Below, one piece after another: positions 10,684 through 24,178 of a DNA stretch of 64,000 nt (positions are counted from its first letter, which is position 1; the number at the start of each line of letters is the position of its first letter). The position numbers and the translations under genes were made by a program. Source of the stretch: Escherichia coli (GTDB lineage: Bacteria > Pseudomonadota > Gammaproteobacteria > Enterobacterales > Enterobacteriaceae). Location: assembly GCF_017348835.2 (NCBI RefSeq), contig NZ_CP071375.1; one strand, written 5' to 3'. The notes under the pieces were generated by a model that made no database searches, was not told the DNA's origin, and worked only from the letters and a program-made list of their open reading frames with translations.

Positions 10684-11742
10684 TTATTTGCGCAAGGCCC
10701 GGCAAATCAGATTCGATAGCAACTCAAGCTGATGTGCCGTTTCCATGTTCAGCCACACATAACCATAGATTGGTGTTTCCACAACCTTCAGGTCATGGTG
10801 GTTATTGAGCAACTGACGCAGCTCTTCCACAGCATCGTTCAATTTTTCCGTATTAGCAAAAACCGGCTGAGGATTACCTTCGTACAGAGCATGAACAAGG
10901 CTCAGCAGTATTTGCTGCATCATGTGCTGGGTATCACGAAGTTTTTGCGCGTTCAATAACACGAAATGGCTGGGGCGCGTGGCCCAGTATGCATTGATTT
11001 GCAACTCCAGCATACAAACCAGATTGCGGTTAATGGTCTGGATACCTTCATATATCGATTTTGGAATACGGGTTTCTTTGCTGGCGGGCGCAATCAGCCC
11101 ACGCATTTTTACGGCATCGGTCAAGAGTTTTTGTAGATGGCTTTCCAGACGTGGGCGTTCGAGTAAGTTCGGTGAGAATGCAGATTGATAGACCCGATTA
11201 TACTCGGTCAGACTTTTCGCCAGTTGAATACGCCAGTGGATGAACGCCCGTTGTGGCCAGATACCGGTAAACAACATTGCCAGTAAAGAGCCGAGGATCA
11301 CATCGCCGCTTCGCCATAACGCCGTATCAATTTCACCTGTCGGGGACCCCACAACAATTGCCAGCGTCACCCCAATCAATAAACCTTGATACGGTTTCTT
11401 GCCCAGCGCCAGCCAACCGCAAAGGAACATGGCCGCCGCGCACCAGACTAACATCAGCGGTAACGAGATTAACTCCAGTTGCAGAGCGATAAGACCTAAA
11501 ATCGAACCCAACACCGTACCGCCAATACGCTCAAAGGCGCGAGGGACAACGTTACCCCAGAACGAGATTGGCCCCATAATCACCACCATGGTGACCAGCG
11601 GCCAGGTGCTTTCCGGGATAGTAAACAGGCGGATAATGAGAAAAGTGAGCAGGAATGCCAGCGCGACCCGAGTACCATGCACAATGCGGTAATGGCGGTA
11701 TACCCGGATTTCAAACGGGCTTAATGACTTATCGGCACGCAC
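10684..11742 (-). CDS. yeeA: Inner membrane protein YeeA (aromatic acid exporter-like family)
   Basis: 352 aa; N-terminal membrane domain; matches E. coli YeeA as recalled and its position between yeeX and sbmC. Confidence 0.8.
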   Translation of the reverse strand: MRADKSLSPFEIRVYRHYRIVHGTRVALAFLLTFLIIRLFTIPESTWPLVTMVVIMGPISFWGNVVPRAFERIGGTVLGSILGLIALQLELISLPLMLVWCAAAMFLCGWLALGKKPYQGLLIGVTLAIVVGSPTGEIDTALWRSGDVILGSLLAMLFTGIWPQRAFIHWRIQLAKSLTEYNRVYQSAFSPNLLERPRLESHLQKLLTDAVKMRGLIAPASKETRIPKSIYEGIQTINRNLVCMLELQINAYWATRPSHFVLLNAQKLRDTQHMMQQILLSLVHALYEGNPQPVFANTEKLNDAVEELRQLLNNHHDLKVVETPIYGYVWLNMETAHQLELLSNLICRALRK

Positions 11743-11939
11743 GCAGAAACTCCGTAATGAAGATTAAAAGCGCTCATAACTCATCTGTCGGCCAGAAGGC
11801 GCGCCTCTGAATTATCCGACGGACAAACCGGGAACAGTGTAATTTCCCGGCAGGAGCGAAAAAATTGAAAGGCGCATCTTACTCTTTTCGCTTTCAAAAA
11901 AAGAGTGGTCATCGCGTTAACACACCGCCCTGAGATGAA

Positions 11940-12413
11940 TTAGTGATGTTTTGGCTGCACCGCAACATACATTTCGATATCCCAGTACCCATCTTCCGCG
12001 CCATTGTTCAAATAAACCTCGAAGCAGGGCTTTGGTAACATTTCATAAGCACTGTCCTGCAAGAGGCTATTAAAGAACTGATACCAGGGTTTAGCAAAAT
12101 CATCACCGACTACACGAGCTACCGCCACCGCATACTGACCACCTGAAATTTCTGTCAGAATGACGCCCTCACTGTTTTCGGGAAGCGTAAAGTAACCCGG
12201 CACCGTCACGACGGTGTCGCAGCGTAATTTTTCGGCGGGTGTTTCATCTGGATTGTCGTAATAGACAGCAACCCACTCCTTCGGCACAATATTTTTACTA
12301 TCTACCCACATCATCAACTGCTCAAAACCTTTCTTTACCGTCTGTTCCCAGGGGCCAACGAGATGGAAACCTGCAACGGTACGTTTATCTTCCTGCTTAA
12401 TCTCGTAGTTCAT
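11940..12413 (-). CDS. sbmC: DNA gyrase inhibitor SbmC (GyrI)
   Basis: 157 aa; [23 protein letters not shown] matches E. coli SbmC. Confidence 0.9.
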   Translation of the reverse strand: MNYEIKQEDKRTVAGFHLVGPWEQTVKKGFEQLMMWVDSKNIVPKEWVAVYYDNPDETPAEKLRCDTVVTVPGYFTLPENSEGVILTEISGGQYAVAVARVVGDDFAKPWYQFFNSLLQDSAYEMLPKPCFEVYLNNGAEDGYWDIEMYVAVQPKHH

Positions 12414-12531
12414 GACGCCTCCATTAATACTGTTTTTATATACAGTATAGTTGCAATATTAAAACCACAAGGAATGAGTGTTGATTATGCGAGCAGACTC
12501 GCACTCCTGCCAGTCTGCTGCAAAAGAAAGG

Positions 12532-13704
12532 TCAGGCCTTATGGTGGAAATAATCACTCAGGCGAGAAAACATGCTGCCTTCCCCGACAGATTCCAGGGT
12601 AACCAGAGGCCAGTGCGCCACCTGTTTATCACGGTCGTAAAGTTCAATTTCCCCTACCCGCTGATGGGCGCTAATTGGCGCGGTGAGCTCTTTACCATCA
12701 AGGGTATATTTGGCTTTGATATGTGGAATTTCGGCTTTCGGTAGTACCATCCAGAACTCTTGTTCTGTTCCCAGGGCGATATTTTCTTTATCGCCATACC
12801 AGATGCGTTCCGTACCGACCTTTTTCCCACGGTGCAAAATTTGCACCGTAGTAAAGTTTTGTTGCCCCCAACGCAGTAATTTTCTTGCCTCTTCCTCACG
12901 ACCTTTTGCGCTGTCAGCCCCCATTACCACTGCAATGAGACGACGCTGCCCATCTACAGCCGAAGCAATGAGATTAAACCCGGCACCAGAAGTATGACCC
13001 GTTTTCAGGCCGTCAATATTCATGGTTTTATCCCACAATAACCCGTTACGGTTTTGCTGGGTGATACCGTTCCAGGTGAGGCTTTTCTCACTGTACATAT
13101 GATAAAACTCGGGCTCGCCGTGGATGATAGCGCGAGAAAGCACAGCTAAATCATAAGCCGAGCTATGCTGGCCAGGTGCATCCAGACCATGCACTGTTTC
13201 AAAATGCGTATCCTTGAGATGCAGCTTCTCGGCATAGTTGTTCATCATTTCAACAAACTGCCGTTGCCCACCGGCAATATAGTCAGCCAGAGCAACACAA
13301 GCGTCATTTCCGGAATCAACAATTAAACCACGGCTTAAATCACGTACCGATACGCGATCGCCCTCTTTCAAAAACATCAGTGAAGAACCGACAAACACCG
13401 GATTATCTTTCGCCCACGCATCGCGCCCCACGGTGACAATATCGTCTGGCGTAATGCGATGACTATCGATAGCGCGATCCACGACATAACCCGTCATCAG
13501 CTTTGTCAGGCTGGCGGGATTGCGCTGTTGATGCTCATTACCCGCGGTGAGGATCTGTCCGGTGGTGTAATCCATCAGTACCCAGGACCCGGCATGAATC
13601 TCTGGAGGCTGAGGTGAAAAAGGAATGTTTTCCGCCGCAAAACCAGACGATAAGTTAAAAACGAACAAAGAAGCAGCAATAATAAGACGGCGTTTCAACA
13701 GCAA
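12532..13704 (-). CDS. dacD: D-alanyl-D-alanine carboxypeptidase DacD (PBP6b)
   Basis: 390 aa; signal peptide, SLTK active-site motif, SGND motif; E. coli gene order. Confidence 0.9.
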   Translation of the reverse strand: MLLKRRLIIAASLFVFNLSSGFAAENIPFSPQPPEIHAGSWVLMDYTTGQILTAGNEHQQRNPASLTKLMTGYVVDRAIDSHRITPDDIVTVGRDAWAKDNPVFVGSSLMFLKEGDRVSVRDLSRGLIVDSGNDACVALADYIAGGQRQFVEMMNNYAEKLHLKDTHFETVHGLDAPGQHSSAYDLAVLSRAIIHGEPEFYHMYSEKSLTWNGITQQNRNGLLWDKTMNIDGLKTGHTSGAGFNLIASAVDGQRRLIAVVMGADSAKGREEEARKLLRWGQQNFTTVQILHRGKKVGTERIWYGDKENIALGTEQEFWMVLPKAEIPHIKAKYTLDGKELTAPISAHQRVGEIELYDRDKQVAHWPLVTLESVGEGSMFSRLSDYFHHKA

Positions 13705-13906
13705 ACCCTCAGGAGTTTCAAATAGCTGTTCTTTTTACGGAAATACTTATGAACTGGCTGGAATAAAGTGCAAGAAAATGTGACCACCCTCTCATTTTTA
13801 TCTGACATGATCTGTTGCCACTCGCTGTCAAATTGTCGCGCTAAAGCTGATTAGCACGGTGATATTTGATACTCTGGCAGACAGCAGAAATAACGGATTT
13901 AATCTA

Positions 13907-15334
13907 ATGATGAATGACGGTAAGCAACAATCTACCTTTTTGTTTCACGATTACGAAACCTTTGGCACGCACCCCGCGTTAGATCGCCCTGCACAGTTCG
14001 CAGCCATTCGCACCGATAGCGAATTCAATGTCATCGGCGAACCCGAAGTCTTTTACTGCAAGCCCGCAGATGACTATTTACCCCAGCCCGGAGCAGTATT
14101 AATTACCGGTATTACCCCGCAGGAAGCACGGGCGAAAGGAGAAAACGAAGCCGCGTTTGCCGCCCGTATTCACTCGCTTTTTACCGTACCGAAGACCTGT
14201 ATTCTGGGCTACAACAATGTGCGTTTCGACGACGAAGTCACACGCAACGTTTTTTATCGTAATTTCTACGATCCTTACGCCTGGAGCTGGCAGCATGATA
14301 ACTCGCGCTGGGATTTACTGGATGTTATGCGTGCCTGTTATGCCCTGCGCCCGGAAGGAATAAACTGGCCTGAAAATAATGACGGTCTACCGAGCTTTCG
14401 CCTTGAGCATTTAACCAAAGCGAATGGAATTGAACATAGCAACGCCCACGATGCGATGGCTGATGTGTACGCCACTATTGCGATGGCGAAACTGGTAAAA
14501 ACGCGTCAGCCACGTCTGTTTGAATATCTCTTTACCCATCGTAATAAACACAAACTGATGGCGTTGATTGATGTTCCGCAGATGAAACCCCTGGTTCACG
14601 TTTCCGGAATGTTTGGGGCATGGCGCGGCAATACCAGCTGGGTGGCACCGCTGGCGTGGCATCCTGAAAATCGCAATGCCGTAATTATGGTGGATTTGGC
14701 AGGAGACATTTCGCCATTACTGGAACTGGATAGCGACACATTGCGCGAGCGTTTATATACCGCAAAAACCGATCTTGGCGATAACGCCGCCGTTCCGGTT
14801 AAGCTGGTGCATATCAATAAATGTCCGGTGCTGGCCCAGGCGAATACGCTACGCCCGGAAGATGCCGACCGACTGGGAATTAATCGTCAGCATTGCCTCG
14901 ATAACCTGAAAATTCTGCGTGAAAATCCGCAAGTGCGCGAAAAAGTGGTGGCGATATTCGCGGAAGCCGAACCGTTTACGCCTTCAGATAACGTGGATGC
15001 ACAGCTTTATAACGGCTTTTTCAGTGACGCCGATCGTGCAGCAATGAAAATTGTGCTGGAAACCGAGCCGCGTAATTTACCGGCACTGGATATCACTTTT
15101 GTTGATAAACGGATTGAAAAGCTGTTGTTCAATTATCGGGCACGCAACTTCCCAGGGACGCTGGATTATGCCGAGCAGCAACGTTGGCTGGAGCACCGCC
15201 GCCAGGTATTCACACCCGAGTTTTTACAAGGCTATGCAGAAGAGATTCAGATGCTGGCGCAGCAGTATGCCGACGATAAAGAAAAAGTGGCGCTGTTAAA
15301 AGCGCTTTGGCAGTACGCGGAAGAGATCGTCTAG
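13907..15334 (+). CDS. sbcB: Exodeoxyribonuclease I
   Basis: ORF 13859..15334; start placed at MMNDGKQQSTFLFHDYETFG as in E. coli SbcB; DEDDh exonuclease motifs. Confidence 0.9.
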   Translation: MMNDGKQQSTFLFHDYETFGTHPALDRPAQFAAIRTDSEFNVIGEPEVFYCKPADDYLPQPGAVLITGITPQEARAKGENEAAFAARIHSLFTVPKTCILGYNNVRFDDEVTRNVFYRNFYDPYAWSWQHDNSRWDLLDVMRACYALRPEGINWPENNDGLPSFRLEHLTKANGIEHSNAHDAMADVYATIAMAKLVKTRQPRLFEYLFTHRNKHKLMALIDVPQMKPLVHVSGMFGAWRGNTSWVAPLAWHPENRNAVIMVDLAGDISPLLELDSDTLRERLYTAKTDLGDNAAVPVKLVHINKCPVLAQANTLRPEDADRLGINRQHCLDNLKILRENPQVREKVVAIFAEAEPFTPSDNVDAQLYNGFFSDADRAAMKIVLETEPRNLPALDITFVDKRIEKLLFNYRARNFPGTLDYAEQQRWLEHRRQVFTPEFLQGYAEEIQMLAQQYADDKEKVALLKALWQYAEEIV

Positions 15335-15341
15335 TTTGAAG

Positions 15342-15365
15342 CCTCCGCCGCTGATACGGCGGAGG
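15342..15365. terminator. Stem-loop between convergent sbcB and yeeD
   Basis: Inverted repeat CCTCCGCCG..CGGCGGAGG seen in sequence; flanks not strongly U-rich. Confidence 0.35.
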
Positions 15366-15376
15366 ACAATGTTGGG

Positions 15377-15604
15377 TCAGGCTTTTTGAACGGTGATGCT
15401 CCACGCAGCATCGCCAATCTGCTGATAATCGGTGATGGCATGTCCTTCTTCTGCCGCCCACTGTGGGATTGCTTCTGTTGCCTGGGTGCAATCAAACTCA
15501 ATTACCAACTCATCGCCGCTGGCCATTTCTGCCAGTGCTGCCTTTGCTTCTATGAGTGGAAACGGACAGACCTGCGTCACCACATCCAGCTTTTTAATCG
15601 CCAT
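15377..15604 (-). CDS. yeeD: TusA-like sulfurtransferase YeeD
   Basis: 75 aa; CPFP (CPxP) motif of the TusA family. Confidence 0.85.
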   Translation of the reverse strand: MAIKKLDVVTQVCPFPLIEAKAALAEMASGDELVIEFDCTQATEAIPQWAAEEGHAITDYQQIGDAAWSITVQKA

Positions 15605-15617
15605 CTTTACACCTTAC

Positions 15618-16676
15618 TTAATTTGCCGCAGCAGTTGCCAGTCGCGCCTTACGCTGCGGTCGAACATACACAAGCCAGGACGCAGTCCAGACTCCGAGAA
15701 TCATAAATACAAGGCCAATCCAGCCCTGCCAGGTCATCATTGCAGTCATAACTAGTCCATTACCGATAGAGCAACCACCTGCAATACTGGCACCGAAGCC
15801 CATCAGTACACCACCTAACCCGCTACGTAATGTTGTTTGTGCATCAGCTGCGCGAACGCGGAACTCACGGCTCGCTTTGGCTGCAATAAATGACCCCACG
15901 AAGATCCCTAACACCAGAAAAACGCCCCAGTTAATGTATTTCACGTCACCCGCGACCAGAAATTGCAGAATATTGGCCGTTGGGGAAGTGATTCCTAACC
16001 CAAACATGCGTCCGGTTGCTTCACTCAGTGGCCAGGCTAAAAGCGCAATCAAACCGATGAGTACAGCAGTGACAAAGGGATGCCAGCGTTTTTCAAACAG
16101 AATATGAGCGATCCCGGTTCGGCGCGGCGGTAAGGTCGCGACTTTGAGTTTTGGCTTCTTCAACTCTTTCATCACCACCCAGAGCGTTATCACCAGCAAA
16201 ACGGCAACCAACGGCCACACAGACAAATTAAAAGTCTCAGCAATAGAGTTATGTTCAGTACTGTAGTGCTGCAAGGTTTGATTTAAACCACTGGCATGTG
16301 GAGAACGCATCACCGCACTCATCACCATATAAGTGAAAAGCGCGATCCAACTGCCGATCAATCCCTCACCCGCGCGATACCAGGTCCCGGTGGCACATCC
16401 ACCCGCCAGAACAATTCCCAGCCCGAAGATATACCCACCTATAACAGTACCAAGCCACGGGAACGCCCCGGCTTCGTAAGTCAGTAGGCCCGCCTGAATT
16501 AACGCAAAAACCCCCACGCTTTGTACCGAAATTGCAATCAGCAAGGCGTAAAACATGCGATTATTTTTCGCGATATACATATCGCGAAAACCACCTGTCA
16601 GGCAAAAACGCCCACGCTGCATGACAAATCCCAGCAGAGCACCACAAATTAGCCCGCTTAATATCATTGAAAACAT
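15618..16676 (-). CDS. yeeE: Thiosulfate transporter YeeE (TsuA)
   Basis: 352 aa membrane protein; matches E. coli YeeE as recalled; paired with yeeD. Confidence 0.85.
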   Translation of the reverse strand: MFSMILSGLICGALLGFVMQRGRFCLTGGFRDMYIAKNNRMFYALLIAISVQSVGVFALIQAGLLTYEAGAFPWLGTVIGGYIFGLGIVLAGGCATGTWYRAGEGLIGSWIALFTYMVMSAVMRSPHASGLNQTLQHYSTEHNSIAETFNLSVWPLVAVLLVITLWVVMKELKKPKLKVATLPPRRTGIAHILFEKRWHPFVTAVLIGLIALLAWPLSEATGRMFGLGITSPTANILQFLVAGDVKYINWGVFLVLGIFVGSFIAAKASREFRVRAADAQTTLRSGLGGVLMGFGASIAGGCSIGNGLVMTAMMTWQGWIGLVFMILGVWTASWLVYVRPQRKARLATAAAN

Positions 16677-16854
16677 AAATTAATTAACCAGATGAATGTT
16701 AATAGGGAAATTATTCATGACTGGTGGAATGCAGACCAATAACCAAATTCTCTAAATTAGAACAAATGGTTATTAATGAGGATTTCGATAAAAAAGAATA
16801 AAAAAACCGGAGCCAAATATTCATTCGACTCCGGTTTATTATTAGAAAAGATGA

Positions 16855-18219
16855 TTATGCAACGTCTTCGTACTGCGGAACCGGGTTACGGAAGCTCTTG
16901 GTGACGCAAGCCAGGTAAATCAGGCCGATAGCCGCCCAGATCAGACCCAGAACCATTGAGCTTTCTTCCAGGTTAACCCACAGCGCACCAACGGTCAGCG
17001 CACCACACATCGGCAGGAACAGATACTGGAAGTGATCTTTCAGCGTCTTATTACGCTTCTCACGGATCCAGAACTGCGAGATGACCGACAGGTTAACGAA
17101 GGTGAACGCCACCAACGCACCAAAGTTAATCAGCGCCGTAGCCATTACCAGGTCGAAGTTGATTGCCAGCAAGGCAATCGCGCCAACCAGGATGATGTTC
17201 ATTGCCGGAGTACGCCATTTCGGGTGTACATAACCGAAGAAGCTTTTCGGGAATACGCCGTCACGACCCATTACGTACATCAGACGCGCTACGCCTGCGT
17301 GCGCCGCCATACCGGACGCCAGTACGGTAATGGTGGAGAAGATCAGCGCGCCAACCTGGAACGCTTTACCCGCAACATACAGCATGATTTCAGGCTGTGA
17401 CGCATCCGGATCTTTAAAGCGAGAGATATCCGGGAAGTACAGCTGCAGGAAGTAAGTTGCAAAGATGAAGATCATGCCGCCAATCAGCGCGGTCAGGAAA
17501 ATCGCACGCGGGATCACGCGCTCTGCATCTTTGGTTTCTTCCGACAGATTGCTGATGCCGTCAAAGCCGGTAAAGGAGAAGCACAGGATTGTCGCCCCGG
17601 TAATCATCGGGATAACATGCGCATCGCCAGACCAGAACGGACGAGTGCTCGCCAGCGTACCAGCGCCTTCACCTTCAAATACGCCATAAACAACCATGCC
17701 CAGAATCACCGCGATCAGCACTACCTGCAACACGACGATTACAGTGTTGAAGTTCGCTACGGATTTCAGACTACGCAGGTTAAAGGCGGTCATAAAGGCC
17801 ACCAGCGCCACCACAAACATCCACGATGGGATGGAAGGCACCAGAGCTTCAAAATAGATTTTCGCCAGCAGAATGTTGATCATCGGCGCGAACAGATAGT
17901 CGAGCAGAGAAGACCAACCCACCATAAAGCCGACAGTCGGGCTAATGGATTTCTGGGCGTAAGTATATGCAGAGCCAGCAGAAGGATAGCGGCGAACCAG
18001 CTTCCCGTAGCTAAGAGCCGTAAACAGGATCGCAATCAATGCGAACGCATAGGCTGTCGGCACATGACCATCCGTGAGGCCTGAAACGATACCAAAAGTA
18101 TCAAACAGCGTCATCGGCTGCATATAGGCAAGACCCATCATTACAACCGGAACTAACGTAAGCGTTTTACGCAATTCCACGCGAGAGGTGTTTGGAGTAA
18201 CGTTATGCGACATGGTCAT
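16855..18219 (-). CDS. plaP: Putrescine importer PlaP (YeeF), APC superfamily
   Basis: 454 aa amino-acid/polyamine permease; E. coli gene order. Confidence 0.85.
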   Translation of the reverse strand: MTMSHNVTPNTSRVELRKTLTLVPVVMMGLAYMQPMTLFDTFGIVSGLTDGHVPTAYAFALIAILFTALSYGKLVRRYPSAGSAYTYAQKSISPTVGFMVGWSSLLDYLFAPMINILLAKIYFEALVPSIPSWMFVVALVAFMTAFNLRSLKSVANFNTVIVVLQVVLIAVILGMVVYGVFEGEGAGTLASTRPFWSGDAHVIPMITGATILCFSFTGFDGISNLSEETKDAERVIPRAIFLTALIGGMIFIFATYFLQLYFPDISRFKDPDASQPEIMLYVAGKAFQVGALIFSTITVLASGMAAHAGVARLMYVMGRDGVFPKSFFGYVHPKWRTPAMNIILVGAIALLAINFDLVMATALINFGALVAFTFVNLSVISQFWIREKRNKTLKDHFQYLFLPMCGALTVGALWVNLEESSMVLGLIWAAIGLIYLACVTKSFRNPVPQYEDVA

Positions 18220-18479
18220 TCTCCTTTACGGTGATAACCGTCGCGTAAGCAAAAAATTGCCCCATTTTTTTGGATTCCTCAGCGACAACAACTGTCGATT
18301 TTTAGTAAATATCTATCCGGTACGAAGCCCGGCCTCTTGGTATGAATGATTGGTTTGAAGCAAAAAATAACCGACGCTGATGAAACGTCGGTTTTTAGTC
18401 ATTTTTTGACAGCGGCGCATTGTGCCTAAATGGGGGGGAAATGACAAGAGAATGAGAGGCTTGTCATAATAATTTTTCT

Positions 18480-19409
18480 TTAAATGGCTGATTTTCCGTC
18501 ATCAGATTTTGCATAAACACCGGCGATCGCACTATTTGCTAAAATTTCATCCCGCCACCAGCCGCTGGCAAGCCCTGCGGTCTGTTCATTCCAGCCAATC
18601 CAGACGGGTTCAAAGAGAGTTTGGGCGACCACTTTCTTCTCGATTAACGCGCCACTATCGAGAAAACGTTGCGCCAGATAACGGGGTAAATAGCCGCAGC
18701 CGAGGCCGCTAATTTGCAGCTCCAGCTTGGTTTTAAAATCGAAAACGGTAATGGCTTCTTGTTCGTCGAGAAGTTGTGAGGCCGTAGAAGCGCCGGCCTG
18801 CGCAGTGTCCCCCACCACAATCGCCCGATATCGTTTAATGATACGACGGTTTAACGGTTCTTCTTCCTGGGCTAACGGATGATGAGGCGCGACCGCAAAG
18901 ACTTGTTCCAGATCGCCCAACCGCGAGAAACCAAACTCACTGGAAGATGGTGGCTCATGCATCGCGCCAACAATAATATCCGCTCGCCCCTGAGTCAGGG
19001 CATCCCAGGAACCACCGAGTACGCCATTGATAAACTTCAGGCGCGTCACGCTATGATGTTGATAAAAAGCTTCAATCAGTGGCGCAAGCAGAGAAAAAGG
19101 AAACGTGTCGTCCACGCCAATCACCAGCTCGTTTTCCCAGCCTTCATGCAGTTTGATCGCCTGCTTTTCCAGTTCTCGCACGGTATGCAGAACTTCCCGC
19201 CCCTTCTCTAATAACATTTTTCCGGTACGGGTGAATTTAGCGCGGTGACCGCTACGATCAAGCAATTGAATATTAAGGTCGCTTTCCAGCTTGTGAACGG
19301 TGTAACTCAGAGCGAACGGCGTCTTGTAGAGTTTGGCCGACGCCGCCGCAAAACTGCCTTCTTTTTCTAAGGCATCGAGGATCATCAACACATCCAGCAG
19401 TGGTTTCAT
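18480..19409 (-). CDS. yeeY: LysR-family transcriptional regulator YeeY
   Basis: ORF 18480..19430; start at MKPLLDVLMILDALE as in E. coli YeeY; HTH plus LysR substrate-binding domain. Confidence 0.8.
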   Translation of the reverse strand: MKPLLDVLMILDALEKEGSFAAASAKLYKTPFALSYTVHKLESDLNIQLLDRSGHRAKFTRTGKMLLEKGREVLHTVRELEKQAIKLHEGWENELVIGVDDTFPFSLLAPLIEAFYQHHSVTRLKFINGVLGGSWDALTQGRADIIVGAMHEPPSSSEFGFSRLGDLEQVFAVAPHHPLAQEEEPLNRRIIKRYRAIVVGDTAQAGASTASQLLDEQEAITVFDFKTKLELQISGLGCGYLPRYLAQRFLDSGALIEKKVVAQTLFEPVWIGWNEQTAGLASGWWRDEILANSAIAGVYAKSDDGKSAI

Positions 19410-19454
19410 ACACGCCCCCTTGCAGTGCATGCGGCGTCCTGCTGGCGTGATCGT

Positions 19455-20279
19455 TTACTCCAGCGGCATTACCAGCGGATCGGGATACTGGTATTCAAAC
19501 CCCAGTTCATTACAAATCCGACTGCCATCAATAATCTTACCTTTGCCGCTGTCCAGACTATTTCTGAACTGCGGAGGTTCCAGCCCCAGTAAACGGGCCA
19601 TCTGCGGATAGAAAACATTACGCGCAGGGTGAGCTGGCGCACATATATTATAGATGTGTCCGCCTTTAGGTGCCTGTAACAACAGAGTGATAGCGCCAAT
19701 AACATCTTCTAAATGGACTAAATTAACACCATGTTCACCATCAGGCGCGGTTTTTCCGGCAAAGAAGCGTCCGGGATGACGTCCCGGTCCGACCAGGCCC
19801 GCAAGACGCAGAATATCGACCGAAGTACCGGGTAAATTGTGCAGCCAGTCTTCAAGTTCTTCTAATACTCGTCCACTGTTGGTTACCGGATTACGCGGGG
19901 TAGTTTCTTTCACCGTGCCTTGCGCGTCGCCATAGACAGATGTTGAGCTGGTGAAAATAATGCGGGGAATACGATGGGCCAGCGCGCTATCTACTAACTC
20001 TTGTACCGCTTGTAAATAGAACTCATCGCCGGGGCCGCTACGACGGGCCGGAAGCGTAATGACCAGCGCATCGGCATCCATCAGGGCATCCAGATCGTCA
20101 GAATCGCAAACTAACTCAGGCTCCATGCGAAGCAGATAGCTATCAATGCCACTCATTCGGGCCGCTTCGACACCATCTTGTGTGGTTTTACTCCCGGTGA
20201 CTTGCCAGCCTCGCGCTGAAAGTGACATCGCCAGCGGCATGCCTAACCACCCTAACCCGACAATTGCGACCTTTTTCAT
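19455..20279 (-). CDS. yeeZ: NAD-dependent epimerase/dehydratase family protein YeeZ
   Basis: 274 aa; Rossmann N-terminus MKKVAIVGLGWLG; E. coli gene order. Confidence 0.8.
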   Translation of the reverse strand: MKKVAIVGLGWLGMPLAMSLSARGWQVTGSKTTQDGVEAARMSGIDSYLLRMEPELVCDSDDLDALMDADALVITLPARRSGPGDEFYLQAVQELVDSALAHRIPRIIFTSSTSVYGDAQGTVKETTPRNPVTNSGRVLEELEDWLHNLPGTSVDILRLAGLVGPGRHPGRFFAGKTAPDGEHGVNLVHLEDVIGAITLLLQAPKGGHIYNICAPAHPARNVFYPQMARLLGLEPPQFRNSLDSGKGKIIDGSRICNELGFEYQYPDPLVMPLE

Positions 20280-20382
20280 CCGTTATCTCCTGATACACCT
20301 TAGATCTATAAGGCTACGCTAGCGTATCAAAACTGACAATTCATTCTATGAATGAAATCGAAACTGTTAGCAAATATACAAT

Positions 20383-20483
20383 TGCCTGATGCGCTCCGCT
20401 TATCAGCCCTACAAAAACATCAATATATTGAATTTAGGCAACATTTGTAGACCAGATAAGGCATTCACGCCGCATCCGGCAGG
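20383..20483. repeat. Two REP (repetitive extragenic palindromic) elements
   Basis: TGCCTGATGCGCTCCGCTTATCAGCCCTACA and GTAGACCAGATAAGGCATTCACGCCGCATCCGGCAGG match the E. coli REP consensus. Confidence 0.5.
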
Positions 20484-20635
20484 AACAAAGCCCACTTTAG
20501 TTACAGAACACAATGTTCTTGAGGGTTTTAAAGACATATTTTCACGATTACTTTTCTAACGTAGTCACTCCAGGCCCCCACCTTTCCCCGCTCATTCATT
20601 AAACAAATCCATTGCCATAAAATATATAAAAAAGC

Positions 20636-20670
20636 CCTTGCTTTCTAACGTGAAAGTGGTTTAGGTTAAA
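20636..20670 (+). promoter_or_regulatory. his operon promoter region
   Basis: TTGCTT -35-like hexamer and TAGGTTAAA -10-like region about 40-70 bp upstream of hisL, matching the recalled E. coli his promoter. Confidence 0.4.
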
Positions 20671-20705
20671 AGACATCAGTTAAATAAACATTCACAGAGA
20701 CGTTT

Positions 20706-20756
20706 ATGACACGCGTTCAATTTAAACACCACCATCATCACCATCATCCTGACTAG
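20706..20756 (+). CDS. hisL: his operon leader peptide
   Basis: ATG ACA CGC GTT CAA TTT AAA CAC CAC CAT CAT CAC CAT CAT CCT GAC TAG = MTRVQFKHHHHHHHPD, seven consecutive His codons. Confidence 0.9.
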   Translation: MTRVQFKHHHHHHHPD

Positions 20757-20821
20757 TCTTTCAGGCGATGTGTGCTGGAAGACATTCAGATCTTCCAGTG
20801 GTGCATGAACGCATGAGAAAG

Positions 20822-20854
20822 CCCCCGGAAGATCACCTTCCGGGGGCTTTTTTA
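20822..20854 (+). terminator. his attenuator (intrinsic terminator)
   Basis: CCCCCGGAAG..CTTCCGGGGG stem followed by CTTTTTTATT, between hisL and hisG. Confidence 0.8.
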
Positions 20855-20901
20855 TTGCGCGGTTGATAACGGTTCAGACAGGTTTAAAGAGGAATAAGAA
20901 A

Positions 20902-21801
20902 ATGACAGACAACACTCGTTTACGCATAGCTATGCAGAAATCCGGCCGTTTAAGTGATGACTCACGTGAATTGCTGGCGCGCTGTGGCATTAAAATCAAT
21001 CTTCACACCCAGCGCCTGATCGCGATGGCAGAAAACATGCCGATTGATATTCTGCGCGTGCGTGACGACGACATTCCCGGTCTGGTAATGGATGGCGTGG
21101 TAGATCTTGGGATTATCGGCGAAAACGTGCTGGAAGAAGAGCTGCTTAACCGCCGCGCCCAGGGTGAAGATCCGCGCTACTTTACCTTGCGTCGTCTGGA
21201 TTTCGGCGGCTGCCGCCTTTCGCTGGCAACGCCGGTTGATGAAGCCTGGGACGGCCCGCTCGCCTTAAACGGTAAACGTATCGCCACCTCTTATCCTCAC
21301 CTGCTCAAGCGTTATCTCGACCAGAAAGGTATCTCTTTTAAATCCTGCTTACTGAACGGTTCTGTTGAAGTCGCCCCGCGTGCCGGACTGGCGGATGCGA
21401 TTTGCGATCTGGTTTCCACCGGTGCCACGCTGGAAGCAAACGGCCTGCGCGAAGTCGAAGTTATCTACCGCTCGAAAGCCTGCCTGATCCAGCGCGATGG
21501 TGAAATGGAAGAATCCAAACAGCAGCTGATCGACAAACTGCTGACCCGTATTCAGGGTGTGATCCAGGCGCGCGAATCAAAATACATCATGATGCACGCA
21601 CCGACCGAACGTCTGGATGAAGTCATCGCCCTGCTGCCAGGTGCCGAACGCCCAACTATTCTGCCGCTGGCGGGTGATCAACAGCGCGTAGCGATGCACA
21701 TGGTCAGCAGCGAAACCCTGTTCTGGGAAACCATGGAAAAACTGAAAGCGCTGGGTGCCAGTTCAATCCTGGTCCTGCCGATTGAGAAGATGATGGAGTG
21801 A
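20902..21801 (+). CDS. hisG: ATP phosphoribosyltransferase
   Basis: ORF 20863..21801; start at [17 protein letters not shown] with AAGAGG RBS upstream; E. coli HisG. Confidence 0.9.
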   Translation: MTDNTRLRIAMQKSGRLSDDSRELLARCGIKINLHTQRLIAMAENMPIDILRVRDDDIPGLVMDGVVDLGIIGENVLEEELLNRRAQGEDPRYFTLRRLDFGGCRLSLATPVDEAWDGPLALNGKRIATSYPHLLKRYLDQKGISFKSCLLNGSVEVAPRAGLADAICDLVSTGATLEANGLREVEVIYRSKACLIQRDGEMEESKQQLIDKLLTRIQGVIQARESKYIMMHAPTERLDEVIALLPGAERPTILPLAGDQQRVAMHMVSSETLFWETMEKLKALGASSILVLPIEKMME

Positions 21802-21806
21802 TCGCC

Positions 21807-24177
<2,371 letters not shown>

Positions 24178-24178
<1 letters not shown>

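Noticed and set aside
16690..16854. AT-rich stretch downstream of plaP considered as a possible small RNA or IS remnant
   Set aside because: No inverted repeats, terminator or conserved motif; most likely ordinary intergenic promoter/terminator space.
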